64,000 nucleotides of DNA from Chrysomallon squamiferum (GCA_012295275.1 CM022670.1:39246001-39310000); one strand, 5' to 3'. Positions 27,401 to 44,124 are shown, counted from the first letter of the stretch. Numbers and translations: made by a program. The notes: generated by a model from the sequence alone, not told the origin.

Positions 27401-28204
27401 TTAATTAACTAAGTAAAAAATGAACATTAGCAAAATACTTGAGTATGTAAAGGTCCCTACAATTCAAAAATTTTATTTTTTCATATATTGGTTTAATTTC
27501 TATGGTGTTTTTGAGAATTACATAATTAAGGCATATGGTATATTTGAGTTTGATTAATAAATAATTAAATTAATTAAAATGCATGCATATTAGCGACTTG
27601 CTTAAACAAAACATATTGTACAACTTTAGAATTCACCAAAAGCTTCATTTTGACATATAATACTTATATATACGAGGTATGCATTGTTTATGATGCAAAA
27701 CCACAGAAACGAATCACAGTTTTTCAATCTCAGTTGACTGTCATTATGAAGGAAAAATACACACAAATTTTATTTCGATAAAAATGTATAACTTGTTTTC
27801 GTATCAGTGCTAACACTGTGACTGTAACAGAGATCTAGGTATAATTTTAACAAACACGTTTTGCTCTTTCTGATGATCTATTATATTTTCAAAATTATTA
27901 TTTTCCTAAAACATTATATAGTATATAATATTTTCGGAAAATAATAAAATTGATAATTTTGTCACATACCTAATACTAGTAATACTAATAATAATATAGT
28001 AGTAATACTAATAGTAAAACTAATTATCTAATATATTATAGTTTATACTATAATACTATAATACTATTATACTGACTATAGAGTATAGTTATATATAATA
28101 TAGCTAATTGTATCTTTCAGATAATGCCATCTTCCAAATACAAATTATCCTATTATTCTTTCACATTTATAATAGTTACCTTCCGGTGGTTTTGGAATCT
28201 CCAT
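8428..28204 (-). CDS. CHERP: Calcium homeostasis endoplasmic reticulum protein (CHERP/SCAF6) orthologue, 18 coding exons, ~894 aa: SURP, Q-rich, CID, P-rich, DUF1777-like/RS, G-patch
   Basis: Exons in transcript order: 28180-28204, 23367-23537, 21798-22075, 21093-21230, 19887-19963, 18427-18501, 18066-18177, 17607-17657, 15646-15684, 14474-14681, 13438-13721, 11998-12438, 11177-11310, 10561-10788, 10209-10328, 9558-9643, 8904-9095, 8428-8453. All phases are compatible (2685 nt). Motifs: MEIPKPPEDAELVNIIDKLANFVARNGPEFE (SURP), PYYDLPAGLMAPLVKLED.EY.PLDP, ERLLAAVEAFY, GWE..GLYEFF, NKGHMLLKKMGWGGKGLG..EQGI..PI (G-patch). Confidence 0.96.
8904..9095 (-). CDS. CHERP: CHERP exon 17 (G-patch C-half)
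   Basis: GWGGKGLGVKEQGIENPIKAGEVRDRQD..KGIG..DPFEQFRKSKS; ttcag/gtaat boundaries. Confidence 0.93.
9558..9643 (-). CDS. CHERP: CHERP exon 16 (G-patch N-half)
   Basis: KLGEDNKGHMLLKKMG; ttttcag/gtttgt boundaries. Confidence 0.9.
10209..10328 (-). CDS. CHERP: CHERP exon 15 (RS region)
   Basis: SRSRSKSKSP..RRSRSPSP..SRSPTPPSF; ctag/gtacgt boundaries. Confidence 0.88.
10561..10788 (-). CDS. CHERP: CHERP exon 14
   Basis: DGWEKLGLYEFFKAK...RSRSKSRSPPRRRR; ttcag/gtaatt boundaries. Confidence 0.93.
11177..11310 (-). CDS. CHERP: CHERP exon 13 (GC donor at 11175-11176, or GT donor 3 nt further)
   Basis: LEDTEYQPLDPNDIRLPPPMPPSERLLAAVEAFYGPPSHDRPRD. Confidence 0.92.
11998..12438 (-). CDS. CHERP: CHERP exon 12 (Pro-rich)
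   Basis: GPPPG repeats ending PSVPYYDLPAGLMAPLVK; ctag/gtaggt boundaries. Confidence 0.93.
12462..13066. repeat. Minisatellite, 35-bp unit, ~17 copies, in CHERP intron 11
   Basis: Unit ttacattaatacacataaacatcagttaaataatg repeated with few substitutions. Confidence 0.95.
13438..13721 (-). CDS. CHERP: CHERP exon 11 (low-complexity linker)
   Basis: ttttag/gtaaat boundaries; phases fit neighbours; GC-richer than the flanks. Confidence 0.85.
14474..14681 (-). CDS. CHERP: CHERP exon 10
   Basis: ASLITEYGSIVTAITKQIQSQYASLEKQHQDF; tatag/gtagat boundaries. Confidence 0.9.
15646..15684 (-). CDS. CHERP: CHERP exon 9 (39 nt)
   Basis: QLKDPAASMATYQ; ttctag/gtgagt boundaries. Confidence 0.85.
17607..17657 (-). 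CDS. CHERP: CHERP exon 8 (CID end)
   Basis: LLTLWEKNNYFDTETIS; ttgcag/gtaagt boundaries. Confidence 0.9.
18066..18177 (-). CDS. CHERP: CHERP exon 7 (CID)
   Basis: QRKSIDGLKTALDKMVVPAFC..VDEESKQKLNK. Confidence 0.9.
18427..18501 (-). CDS. CHERP: CHERP exon 6 (CID)
   Basis: PFQTRLHLIYLTNDLLHH, the CID signature LYL.ND. Confidence 0.92.
19887..19963 (-). CDS. CHERP: CHERP exon 5 (CID)
   Basis: HGKNWILAHCVSSDHCNLITQYLLKR. Confidence 0.9.
21093..21230 (-). CDS. CHERP: CHERP exon 4 (CID start)
   Basis: ELDKMVQPIIDSCTKDSIM. Confidence 0.92.
21798..22075 (-). CDS. CHERP: CHERP exon 3 (Gln-rich)
   Basis: Poly-Q region ending EQIKQSDSNLAAQYQSL; ttcag/gtacag boundaries. Confidence 0.9.
23367..23537 (-). 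CDS. CHERP: CHERP exon 2 (SURP/SWAP domain)
   Basis: IIDKLANFVARNGPEFEQMTKTKQKDNPKFSFLFGGEYYNYYQYK. Confidence 0.96.
23551..23985. repeat. Tandem repeat, ~111-bp unit, ~4 copies, in CHERP intron 1
   Basis: tttaacatgaggaatat...gtaaagtagat starts at 23551, 23662, 23773 and 23885; the last copy is more diverged. Confidence 0.93.
28180..28204 (-). CDS. CHERP: CHERP exon 1 coding part (MEIPKPPE)
   Basis: ATG GAG ATT CCA AAA CCA CCG GAA G|gtaact; resembles the vertebrate CHERP N-terminus ME.P.PP.D. Confidence 0.88.
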
Positions 28205-28578
28205 TTGATTTTAAATTACAAGATCAAAATCATGTACATAAAACATTTCTAGGACAGTTCGGGAAATCTACAGTAACTTCCGTTGTGTCGAGTTAAAATG
28301 ATACCCATGTTATAAGTTTCACGGAAGTGAGGTGTTTTCTAGTGTTTGCGTTAAATTCAATTACTATTTTTGTCAGTATATTATCTATTTTATTTATTTC
28401 ATTTATATTAACAAATATTATATATATTAATGTTTTATTGAATCAGTCGTTTTCAGTGCCTCCACTGGGCGAGTTTTCGTTCTAGACAGTGCTACACGAC
28501 CAATAAAAATAAGATTTTATATAATTAAAAGCTATTCAAATCGTGTGTGTGTGTGCGCGTATGTCCGCGCGCGCGATA

Positions 28579-28632
<54 letters not shown>

Positions 28633-28946
28633 TGAATCACGTGACATACATAAACATAAAACTATCCGTGACAGATAATGATAATAATTATCTAAGTACG
28701 ATTACTTATTTATTGTAAATTATTTCAGGTTTTATGGTTGTTGTTTTTTGGGGGTTGGGTCTGTGTGTGTGTGCGTGTTTATTGTTTTGTTTTGTTAGTT
28801 TGTTGTTGTTGGCGTTTTTTTTTTTGTTTTGTTTGTGTTGTTTGGTTTTTTTAAAGTGTTTAACACTATTAATTTATGTAGCCTCATTTCCGATTATTGG
28901 TGTCCCAAGGCCGCGGCGTGAAAATGGTGGAAGAAAACAGAGAACG
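28205..28946. promoter_or_regulatory. Putative bidirectional promoter shared by CHERP (-) and MKNK (+)
   Basis: Divergent start codons ~740 bp apart; local CpG enrichment; ETS-like ACTTCCG (~28277) and CGGAAGTG (~28322); E-box CACGTG at 28638-28643. Confidence 0.7.
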
Positions 28947-28985
28947 ATGGAAAACAACAGGAATTTTCTTATAGAAATGACAAAG
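28947..28985 (+). CDS. MKNK1: MKNK alternative first exon 1a, coding part (MENNRNFLIEMTK)
   Basis: ATG in frame to AAG|gtattt phase-0 donor, compatible with exon 2 (TTA GAA GAA). Confidence 0.55.
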
Positions 28986-30302
28986 GTATTTCAATTAGAG
29001 TTTTAGCATCAAATTTATAATGATTGCTGAAGAGAATGCAATAAAAATTTCGTAGAAATACCCGGCAGTCGCTTTGTTTTTACATTTATTACATCTCTGT
29101 TTAGAAATTTGCACGAATGTAAACATAACAAATACTACTTTCTACATTAAACCCTTTATAAATATAGTTTGTTTACCTTGAGATTAAATAAAACTTTCTT
29201 ACAATTATGAGAAAATTAGTTCTCATTATCATTATAAATAATATTTTAATCTTATTACAAAAATGTAAGGAAAATATTTGAATTTATTAAAATATTTTAA
29301 TTAATGTAAGTATACTAAAAATTCTTGCTCTGTCGGGAGAAATAATCAGTGTAAATCACTGTTAAATACTATTATTTTGCAACAAAGATTCTAGAATATT
29401 CTGGATGAAAAATGAAACTTTTGTTTCCGTATGTTGTTACTGCTTAATCTTTTATTTGATAAGCCTCAGCAAGCCGTAGCCTCTCTGAGTAACAGTTAAT
29501 TTATAGTAATATTAAGGGTGTGCCAAATGTTTTGAACTGAAAACAAATTGGTGTGTAAGAAGTTTTTTATAGAACAATTACTGTTACATAATCTTGCCGA
29601 AACCAAATAATTTAGTTGTTACAATCATTTACTATAGCATTAATGAAAGAGCACTTTATGTATCTGATTCTTAGTTAAATAAACATGCTTGGGCCCCTGT
29701 AATATTATCTTTTATTGACACTTTGGTTAATTAGTGATGTGACAATTTATTAAAAATTATCTGTTAGCAATATTATAGTTTTAATGTATTTTGTGAATGT
29801 TTTTTTCTGGTTATTTATTTATTTAACTGACTTTAAGTATATTGATGTATTCTCAATTTATTATTTGTTTAACATAGCTTTATATATTTTTACATATTTT
29901 ATATCAGAAAACGTTGTTATGAGAAAATGTTTTCTTTATATAAAAAAATAAATTTTAAAAATAGAATTTTTTTTTCATAACATCTATGTTTTAAGAAATA
30001 AATAAACACTCACTACCTTTGCCAGTTTTTATTTCTAAATATTTATTTGTAGTCTTTAAAGTATCTATATTAAATAAAAAAAATAAAAAAAATACCTTTC
30101 TTTACTCTTTTAATAGTTAAGAAATTTGCTTTAATCTTTCACGTCATCGTAAACCGAATAATTAGTTTCCATTTTTAGAAATTAATGTTATTAAAATATT
30201 TATAAAGTTAAAATTTTCTATCGAATTTATTTTAATAAAGATAGTAAATAACATTAATAAATGTATTTAATTTTTCGTAAGGTCCCATTTACTGTTCGAA
30301 AT

Positions 30303-30360
<58 letters not shown>

Positions 30361-30420
30361 TTGTTGTTTAACTATCAGTATCTATAAAAACCGAACGTAA
30401 ACATGTCAAAGTTCAGACTC

Positions 30421-30500
30421 GCACGATTGGTGCTCTGTGGCGTGACTCATCTTCCACGTCGACAGTGGAGCATATAAAAGCCGTCTGCGCTCACGCAAAG
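30421..30500 (+). promoter_or_regulatory. TATA promoter of MKNK exon 1b
   Basis: ATTGG (inverted CCAAT) 30426-30430, AP-1 TGACTCA 30443-30449, CCACGTC 30454-30460, TATAAAA 30473-30479, all in a CpG-rich patch. Confidence 0.75.
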
Positions 30501-30693
30501 TTGTTATTTGGGTTTAAAGCATGGAGTGCTGAGGGTGTTTAAGGGCTGGAAGCCAAAATGATGCTGAAGAGGGAGTCTGAAGTTATCGATCGTTGGAGAG
30601 CAAAATTATAGCTTTATTTTGGATACAAACGGATTTAAAATAGTTCAACCTATCCTTTGTTCACTGTCACAGGATTTTAATTTGTTGGCGAAT

Positions 30694-34233
<3,540 letters not shown>

Positions 34234-34533
34234 ACAGTTTAAAAGTAAACAGGAGAAGATTTTTGTTTTTTGTGTTTCATTTTCGAACATTTTTTTTTCA
34301 ATTTTTTTTTTTATTATTATTAATTATATATAAAGTCTTGTAGAAATTATTGAGTTCGGTCAGACCAATCGCCAAGTCTTTCATCCAGGTGTATTTTGGC
34401 AGTGTGAGTGGAAGAAGAGTGTTGTTGATAAGGTTTCTGAAGTTGAGGTTTGTTTCCAAACCTTTCCGTGATTTGTGATAATTTGTGTACTTGTTGTTCA
34501 TTCCCAGCTTTGAGGTTTCGAAAGTAATTACAA

Positions 34534-34566
<33 letters not shown>

Positions 34567-35787
34567 TTCAAACTCCAATGCTTTTTTCCTTCCATGAAGG
34601 CTTTGTGACATAATTTTGTGTGCCTGATTAATTAATTAGAAAACCAGTCCTTTTTTCTTAGAATGTGTTGACACAAAGCTCCATAATAACTGAAGAAAGC
34701 CCAAAAGCATTTGAGAATGGATCCTCCTTGTTATTATTTTTACTGTTTTAAACTTCAAAAACTGGGAATGGAAAACAATTCATAAACTCGATTCGGTGAA
34801 TGTATCAAAGCAGTGAAAGATGCAGTATTTTAGTCATTGTCATTTTACGCTCATTGTTATACATTCATTTTTCATCATGTTTTTTTATTACGTTTGTATT
34901 TTTGCATATTTTTATGGACATGTTTGTCTGAGGGGGAAGGTTTTTTTCCCCCCCAGTGCACAAAGATGTGCTGCTTAGGAATGAGTTGAATATTTAAGTT
35001 GATGCTCAGGTCTAGACATTGGCTTGCACCACATCAGAGGTGAGTTTGTAGTTTTTGTACATACCTCACTTGATCTCTTATAGTGTGGAAAAAAATACAT
35101 ACTTTAAAAAAGTTGCTAAAATTGAAATTTATTGTGGCCAAACATTGTATGTACATAAACAATGTATGGTGCATGACCAAATGTAGTCTCTTTTTTTTTT
35201 TTTTTTTTTTTTTTCCATCTTTATAATTATTATTACTATTATGATTATTATTAACATTTCTTTGTATTTTGTAAACCATCATTGTCTTGTCATCATTTAA
35301 TTGCCCAGTCGTTAAAGTTGTTGAAATGTATTGTCCATATTGTTATGTTAAAATCTTTGTCCATGCTAATAAAGGGCATTCCATATATTAGATTATATTA
35401 TGCATTTTTTGCATTTAAATGTAAATTTGAAAAAGCAAGTAGAAAACTTTTTTTTTTTTGTGCTTTTCCATGTTAAGCATGAAATATGTTTTCTACTGAT
35501 TTAATTTTTTTTTTCAAATTAAGAATATTTTTTATTTATTATTTTTTTTTTTGTCATAAAGTATATATCAAATGTACAGATAATGACAAATCAATGTGTT
35601 GAATATTATTTTTTTAAAGATTAAAAAAAGAAGTAAAAAAAAAGCCGTAGACAAGAACATGAATCTGTTCATTAGTAGTAACGGCTTGTATTGTTTGCTA
35701 GATTAGAACTGCTGAAGACAAGTGAACATTGGTAATGTCTTCTCACACAAAAAGTAACATCTTTCATTATTGGTGTACAAGCATTAC

Positions 35788-35819
<32 letters not shown>

Positions 35820-35903
35820 TAATAATAAAATAAAATAAAAATGATGATTTGAAAGAAAGCCATGTTTATAGTCAAAATAGTTTGAACATGGCCCTGAAAG
35901 TCT

Positions 35904-35934
<31 letters not shown>

Positions 35935-37273
35935 TATTTTTTCTTGCAGTTTGGAGTGCTGTTTGTTGGCATTGATAGTGTTAACAGACTTGAAAATTTG
36001 AAATATCTGTGATACCTGATAAATGGTTTGTCAGACACTAATGTGAAGAAGAATCGTTTCTTGTGCCTTCTGGCCTCCTCATTCAGTTGAATCTCTTGAA
36101 TTAATTCTGTCATGAATATTGAAAAATGGAAAGCTTAAGTTTTTCTTTTACAGTGGTTAGTGTGCAATCTTGAAATTGTAAACCCAGATAGGATTATTGA
36201 ATATAGGTTAAGTATAAATCATTTTCTTTGTGTTTTAAGAGAACTTACCCTGATATTGTTAATTCATGTATACAAAGGTGCTATTGAAAAACGAGAGAAA
36301 AATACAGCACTCAATTTTTCAAAATTTAAAAAAAATAAAATTATTTTTTGTAAGAATAATTTAAGAATTGAAAAAAAATAAAAAATAAATTTAATATTGA
36401 TTCCGGTTTTTTTTTTTTTTTTTTTTTTAACTTAAGATAACATACCTTTTTTATTTTGAAATTTGGAAAAAGTAACAAAATGTAACAAATGTAAAATATA
36501 CTTACATAAAATATTGTAGTGCTGTATTTACCTCTCGAAAGTAATGGTTGTTACTGCATAATTCATGCTGTTTAACTGTTCACTCTTATTTTAATCTGTT
36601 TAATCAAATTGCGTTTTGAAACTTGAAATAATTTTCTCAATTGAAATGTTAGCTGCCCACCAGATTTGTTTGTATATCTAAATGTGAATAACTTGAACAC
36701 ATTCTAAATTCAAGTTAAAATACAGGATAACTGGGGAGAGCATTGATTATTAATATACTTTCGATTACAGCATTGTAGCCATTCCTATAAACCTTTTTTG
36801 TTCATCATAGTACACAATTATTTGACTTATTTGTGTTACATGAAAGAAGAAAAATGGGAATTTTTTTTTTTTTTTTTTTTCAAAAAAAAATTTTTTTTTT
36901 TTGCAAAAAGAGAAATACCATGTTTAAAAAAAAATAATAATAATAATAGTAATAATAATTAAATATAAATTAACATGCAACTATCAAAACAAGAAATTTT
37001 TTTTATTAAAAAAAGAAGAAAAAAGTGGTTCCATGACCTGTTTTTTTGTTTTTTTTTTTTTTTTTCATTTTTCTTTGTCATCTCTTGGTAATATTGAAAC
37101 ATTTTGTGCTGTCAAGTTGATTATTTAGAATTGCAAATTTTGAATATACAAGAATGTGACAACTCCAGAAACAAAAATGGCCAGGAATCATGTTGGACAA
37201 AACCTGTTAATGTGAAGAAACTATTGTCCTTCATTTGAAGCTTTTAACAATTGTAAAAGGTTTTTTTTGAAAA

Positions 37274-37279
37274 AATAAA
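37274..37279 (+). terminator. Candidate MKNK polyadenylation signal (implies a ~3-kb U-rich 3' UTR)
   Basis: AATAAA followed ~20-40 nt later by a GT-rich tract (ggtttttggttttttgtgt); other AATAAA sites exist upstream. Confidence 0.4.
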
Positions 37280-38869
37280 ATTATATTTTCAGAATGGTTT
37301 TGGTTTTTTGTGTATTAGTTTTTATAGACTGTCATGCAGAGTGTGCAGTTTTATTAAAAAAAAAAAAAAAAAAAAAAACTGTTTTTTTTAGTAAAATTGC
37401 AGATCAATTAAAATAGCATGTTTTTGTTGAATGCAAAATAATTTTAACTGCCTGTTTCTTCCTCTTTTTCCACATGAAGAAGCAAATGAATACATTTTCC
37501 TCTAGGTAGTATGATATACTGGATTTGGGTCATCCTATTATATGTGAATCCAATTAAAGCACTACTGTTGAATCAACACAAATTTGGAATTTGGATTCTT
37601 ATTTAGAGCTTAAATAAGCAGTGACTTGAGGGTCTTTTCATGAAACTTGAGCATGACAATTGGTTTTGGTTAACCATATGCCATCGAATATAATTTTAAT
37701 TTAAACATGTGACAGATATGACTCCATGAATGGAAATGATCTGGATTTTTTTATTATTTTTCTTTCTTTCTTCCTTTCTTTCTTCTTTATTATATACATA
37801 TGCACACAATACATCAAACATATTTTTAAAATAATGAATAAATATATATGAAAATAGATAAGAATTATGTCTGAGATCTACTAACTTAATTATTCATTCA
37901 TTTCAAACGAGTCAAGTAAGATATATAAGTCATTTTGCATTATTTAGAGCCATAATCCCTCGAAATAGTATTTCAGTAAATGGACCGACGTTTTTCAACT
38001 TAAAAGTGTGTCGGTGATGCAGCGTTTTTTTTTTGTATCGTTTATTTGTAAACAACTTTGCTCACGATACAAACATTTGATATAGATAACTGTATTAAAC
38101 CGCCTTACTCTATTGGCAAGGCTAAAAAACAAAACAAAAAAACAAACAAAAAACCAAAAACAAAACACGCATACACAAAAAGCAATTCTCCAAAACAGAC
38201 CTTTGCATTTTAAACAGACCTCTCTCTCCAGACTTTACTAAGTGATTGAAGTACCAAATAAGTAGGAGAGAAAAGGATCGATTCATCTTTATTGCATGTA
38301 TATATTATGTCTGTACAGATGTATGCATTAAGGTGTATGAGTGTGTGCATGCTTCAGAATGGTTTTTAGTTATCTATTTCAACGCAGAGTGCAGAGTTAT
38401 AAACGAACACAAATAAGAAAACTACTTTTTTTTAAATTCTATAAATAAACATCATCATTATTATTATTATTATTATGTTTTCAGATATTTAGGCGCGATA
38501 GCGATCACGCGTTTATTTTGTTGTTTTTTTACATCACATGACTGCTGAAATGATAAATAAGCTAGGTTATCTTCCAAGTGACGTCTGCTGATCGTTAACC
38601 TTGCCCTACTTTCAGAATGTTTATCGTGTAAAAATGGAGCACCTGCATAACATGCGAAGTCACGTTATCACGTGACTAATTTGACGTTCGGTGCAGTTGC
38701 ATAATGCACGCTTTGAACAAAGCTAATAGATAAATACAAAACAAATCAGGAAAATAAAGAGAAATTCTCTTTATAATCTAGAATCAGTTTTTAGAAACGC
38801 AGACCGTGCGTGCGAATGTGGCCTTCATGAGCATTTTTTTTTTTTTTTTTATCGAATATTGTTTGAAGT

Positions 38870-38936
<67 letters not shown>

Positions 38937-39352
38937 GTGTGTGTGGATGCGTTTCAGTGCACAGATTTTCCAAGCATCTAATACGATTATACGACTCTTA
39001 GTTAAAAAATAGAAAGAAAAAAAAGAAGCAATCCTATTAACTGTATGACATTTCCTTGTTATTAAACAGTCATTTATGTCGTCAAGGCCTTTAAAAAAAG
39101 ACTGATGTTTTGTGCAAATTCTAACATATTCAGTAAACGCCCATCGTTTATTTGCAAAGTTAGCAGATTTAAGGATTATTATTATTATTATTATTATTTT
39201 AAAGAAATATATTGTTTGGTTGGAAACCGACATTAAATTATATTCAAGGAAAATACCCCACTGCCATTAAAAAGGTGAATAAAATATAAACCTTACGGTA
39301 AATCTTCTTCATTATTATTTATTTATTTATTATCATATTCATCATTATAAAT

Positions 39353-39386
<34 letters not shown>

Positions 39387-39479
39387 AATTTTTATTTACC
39401 CATGTGTTTATTTTTTTTTGGGGGGGGGACAGATGTTTTGTTTTGGGTTTTAAGTTTGGATATTTTCATTTCATTTCAG

Positions 39480-39510
<31 letters not shown>

Positions 39511-39532
39511 GATATTTTATTTGCTAAGAAAT

Positions 39533-39575
<43 letters not shown>

Positions 39576-39958
39576 TAATAATAATAATACAAAAAAGGAA
39601 AATTTAAAAAAAGAAAAAAATAAAAAATAAAAAAAAAAAGCAGCAAAAAAAAGAAAGAACCGCGAAGAAAAAAAAAAAAATCAGGATGCAACAATTTCGC
39701 TAATAACCACAGCGGAGTCACGAGTTTCGTGGTAATTGACAAAAGTCTATTTCTGTCGCGTCTAGCAATTCGCGGTTGTTTTATCTCTGTGCTCGCACTA
39801 ACAATAGCCGCACGAAGCGTAGCCTTTGCCGCATGACAAATTCTTTTATTTCACCACGACGTGGTTGCTTTCTTTACATCGTTACGTGAATAAACAGCAC
39901 GTGTCGCCAGCTTAATGCAGAAAATTTGTATTGTATACTAGTTTTGTTTGTGACGATG

Positions 39959-39990
<32 letters not shown>

Positions 39991-40791
39991 TGCGCCTGTG
40001 TGTCTACGTGTCTATGTATGTATGTGGTGTGTATGTGCATGTTTGTGTGTGTGTGTGTGTGTATGTATTTATGCACGTATGTTATGTGTGTGTGTGTGTA
40101 AGAATGTCTCTAACTTGACAAAGATGATCGAATTAGCTAACGAAACTGAAAAATTATTTTAAGTAAATCCAAATTAAAAATATCAAAAATGTCAAAAGAA
40201 ATTTTTTTTATGTGTTAATGTATATATATGTATGTGTGTATGTGTATGTGTGTGTGTATATCTATGTATGTGTTACATGTTACTTTTTAGATTTTGCTCC
40301 AGTATATAGGTAGATTTTCATATTCTTCATTTTTCTCCTTTATTTTGAAACGTACGTTGAAAGTTACGTGTTTATAATAACGGTGGCGCTGTTGAAATAC
40401 TGGATAATCGCCTCAAACTCTGGACTGTCACTGTAATGACCGAAGATAATCCAACCGCGTTTTCAGATTATTATTAGCTTGGACTGCTATTTAGGGATTG
40501 TTGACACAATATGCCTCTGACGTCAGAGTTTTTGTATAGAATCGAAACTGAAAGGAAAAAAAATGCTTAACTATTAATATAACTACAAGTCATCATTACG
40601 AATGGAATTGTGTTTCCGTTTTCTGAAAGCTGGTGGGAGAGCGAATTGTGTATGAATGTATGTCGCAAAATGGGCCTTTCTAGAACAGTTCTAAAAAATA
40701 TTACTTATACTTTAGAACTACAGAAAGAAACAATAAAATTAGGGGAAAAAATATAACGTACACTATATTACAGTGGAAATCATTATTAATT

Positions 40792-40838
<47 letters not shown>

Positions 40839-41171
40839 CATGTCTACTGGTGTTCATTAGATGGAACGTTCGTAACCCGAAATGTGTCTGTACAATATCA
40901 TAATAATTACTTGTCAGTTACTTCAAAAAAAAAAAAAAAAAAAAAAAGCACATAATATACATCCTATGTACTTTTGTGCATATTTAAATATAGCTCTCTG
41001 AACCCGGATGTAACGTTTACACACTGTCATATGACACCGCAGTCGTTTATTGGAAACCTCCTTGCGACGTGGTGCAATACAATGAGGTCATGATGTTCAG
41101 CTGCTCACGTCATCCACGTAGACTGTTCCACGTCAGCGTTCAATATTTATTTATTTTTATTGCAACGTGTA

Positions 41172-41191
41172 TTTCTGGAAGTTTCGTGAAT
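41172..41191. promoter_or_regulatory. Perfect 4-unit heat-shock element
   Basis: tTTCtgGAAgtTTCgtGAAt = alternating nTTCn/nGAAn pentamers. Confidence 0.55.
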
Positions 41192-42767
41192 GTTTTGATT
41201 CGTTCACAAACTTGTAAATGTAGATCTTCTTTCGCTGATGAAAAAAAAAGGCGTGTCAGTGAAGGGAGTATATATAATTGAGAACGATGGGTTGCGCGAT
41301 TTGTTAATAGTTATGGTATTTCATTCATTAGTTCATTCCTCAGGCAGTGCCCGCCAAAAACGGTTCCTCAAACGTAAGGCGTTTGCTCTTCCCAGTCACG
41401 TTTGTTCTTCCCAGTCAATGGGAAAGTTAAAAATATATTTTTTTTTTGCTGCTAATAGATATGAATCTCGTGGAATGGCGATCATAGGTGTCACCATAAT
41501 CAGCGAAAAATACTATAAACAGCACCTACAAATAGTTACTATAAATTAACCGCAAGATAAACAATTTATTGAAATTTTTTTTTTTTTTTTTTTTTAGAAA
41601 TTGTAGTAGTAGTGGTAATAATAATATATAACAATAGCTAAAATAACAACAGCAACAATAGTAAATGAATTCAGACATAAATTAAATAAAATAAATAACA
41701 TAAATATAACAGTAGCTTACCTTAAGCTTTATTTATTTATTTGTTTATTTGTTTATTTGTTTATTTGTTTGTTTGTTTGTTTGATTTTTCATTTATCACT
41801 TAGTGTTCATAATTTATATTTGATTTTTTCTGGTTATTGTTTTAGTATTATTATTATATTTCTTTCTTTCTTTCTTTCTTTCTTTTGTTTTGTTTTCTTT
41901 TTGGAGGGGCGGGGAAAGGCGTGACATTGCGAAGCACTTGCTTCCTGATTTACCTCAAGCCCGTCAGTAAATGAACGCAGGTAAACCAATGTTCTTATCA
42001 AACAATCGCTTGTTTACCAGCGAGAACGTTGTACGTGCTAAAGGAAGAAAAATACATTTGTTTACCATAATAAAACGACCTCTATCTGTCATTTACCCCG
42101 CTTGTAGTTTTTACGTTTTGATCGCAACATAATGAACGTCCACGTGACATTGTGCATAGACACATGTGACGTCACAACAACGATAACAAAACAAACTTCT
42201 GTTATTATAACTTAGACTTGAGACTATCCCATTCAACTTCGTGCAGAAAAGCGAAACAAACAAACCGGTTTAAACCGCTCACCGATTGTTGAGACTTCCG
42301 TTTTGCTTTTCCCGATTTCGTCAGGAAACGAGTTCACATGTTTATTTTCTTGTATATTTATTACCAATAAAAAAAAAAAAATTTTAAAAATATAAAAAAA
42401 AAAAAAAAAAAAAAATAAAATAAAATAAAATAAAATAATAATAATAGTAATAATAATAATAGAAAATTTAAAAAATTAATTTGAAAATAGATAAATAAAA
42501 TGATATAATAAAAAAGAGAATAAAATAAAAGAAACAAAACAAAATGAAACAAAACATTTAAAAAACCCAACAAAACAACAAACAACAAACAAAACAAAAA
42601 ACAAAAACAAATTCAAAACAAATCAAACCAAAAAACAACAAACAAAATATTTATGTATTTATGTATTTACACACTCAAATACATACAGTTGACAGCAGTT
42701 TATAAAGTGTCAAATAATACGATACAAATTTATAACCAGTAATCTTGATCATATAAAATGACTCTCA

Positions 42768-42818
<51 letters not shown>

Positions 42819-43323
42819 CGAACTTAAAAGTGCAATATACACAATTTGTCTCTGTTGCTGCGATTTTTTTTATTGTTATTCTACTAATAATCATAAAAAT
42901 AGTAATAGTAGTATTAGTGTCAACTGTAGCACTAATAGCAATAACAGCAATAGTGGTAGTAGTAGTAGCAGTAGTAGTCTTATTGAAGACGGTTAACCTT
43001 TCCTCTTAAAGACGATGAAAGACAAGCTTGACCTTACAAGTTAAACGTCACTGTAAATTTTCCACTACTGCGCATGGAAACCAACCCGAGTTGGAAGCTA
43101 AAAATAGCTTGGTCACCCCAACCTTTGGGGATTTACCACAATAAAAATAGATTCTTACTTCAACTCCGTTAAGTTTGACGCTGACGTGGCATGTTCCGGG
43201 CAAAGTAATCGACGTCATGTGATAGTGATGTTTCACTTTCAATATAGTGTCGCTAGCGAACGGAAACTGAAAGTGTTTGTAAACAAAATACACTTGAATG
43301 TTATAATGACGTTAGTTTGTTGT

Positions 43324-43354
<31 letters not shown>

Positions 43355-44093
43355 ATTAATTAATTTTTTTACTGTTTTTTAATTCATTTATAAAATTTAC
43401 ACAAACACAGTACATGTATATTTATTTATTTATTTATTTTTTATTATTATTTTGTTCTTGTTTCTTTTTTTTTTATGTGTATACATTATTAAATTAAAAC
43501 GTTGCTTTCACTGGTATTAAATTATTTTATATTATTTTTGTTTTTCGTTTTATCTTTTTTAAACAGAGTTCATTTATAATTATTATTATTTATTATTTAT
43601 AATTATTATTATTTTTATATACATGTAAAAATTTTATAAAATCAAAATTAACAATGCAAAACTAAATGATAATTATTTCTTAAATGAATTTCAGTCATAT
43701 CAATCAATTTTCAAAATATGTATGTGTCAATTGATATATGTATATTCAGTGTATGTGTCTTTGTACGCCTGTATATTTTTGTATGAATTAGGATCATCGT
43801 TATGGAAAATTTTTTTAAAGTCTTGATTTTTTGATTATATAAAATATCAAAAGTAAATTCCTCGTTTTTTTCATAATTTTCACGCCCAATTGAATAGTTG
43901 TTACCATCAATCAATCAAAAAGTTGAATGATACACTCAGTCAGTTAACATATTACTGCTAAAAAACAGCAACCATAAAATATTTATTTATTTATTTATTT
44001 ATTTATTAAATATTACTATTTTATTACTATTATTATTAAATGATTATTTGAAAATTAATGATTATAATTATTATTTATTTGTTATTAACCATT

Positions 44094-44124
<31 letters not shown>

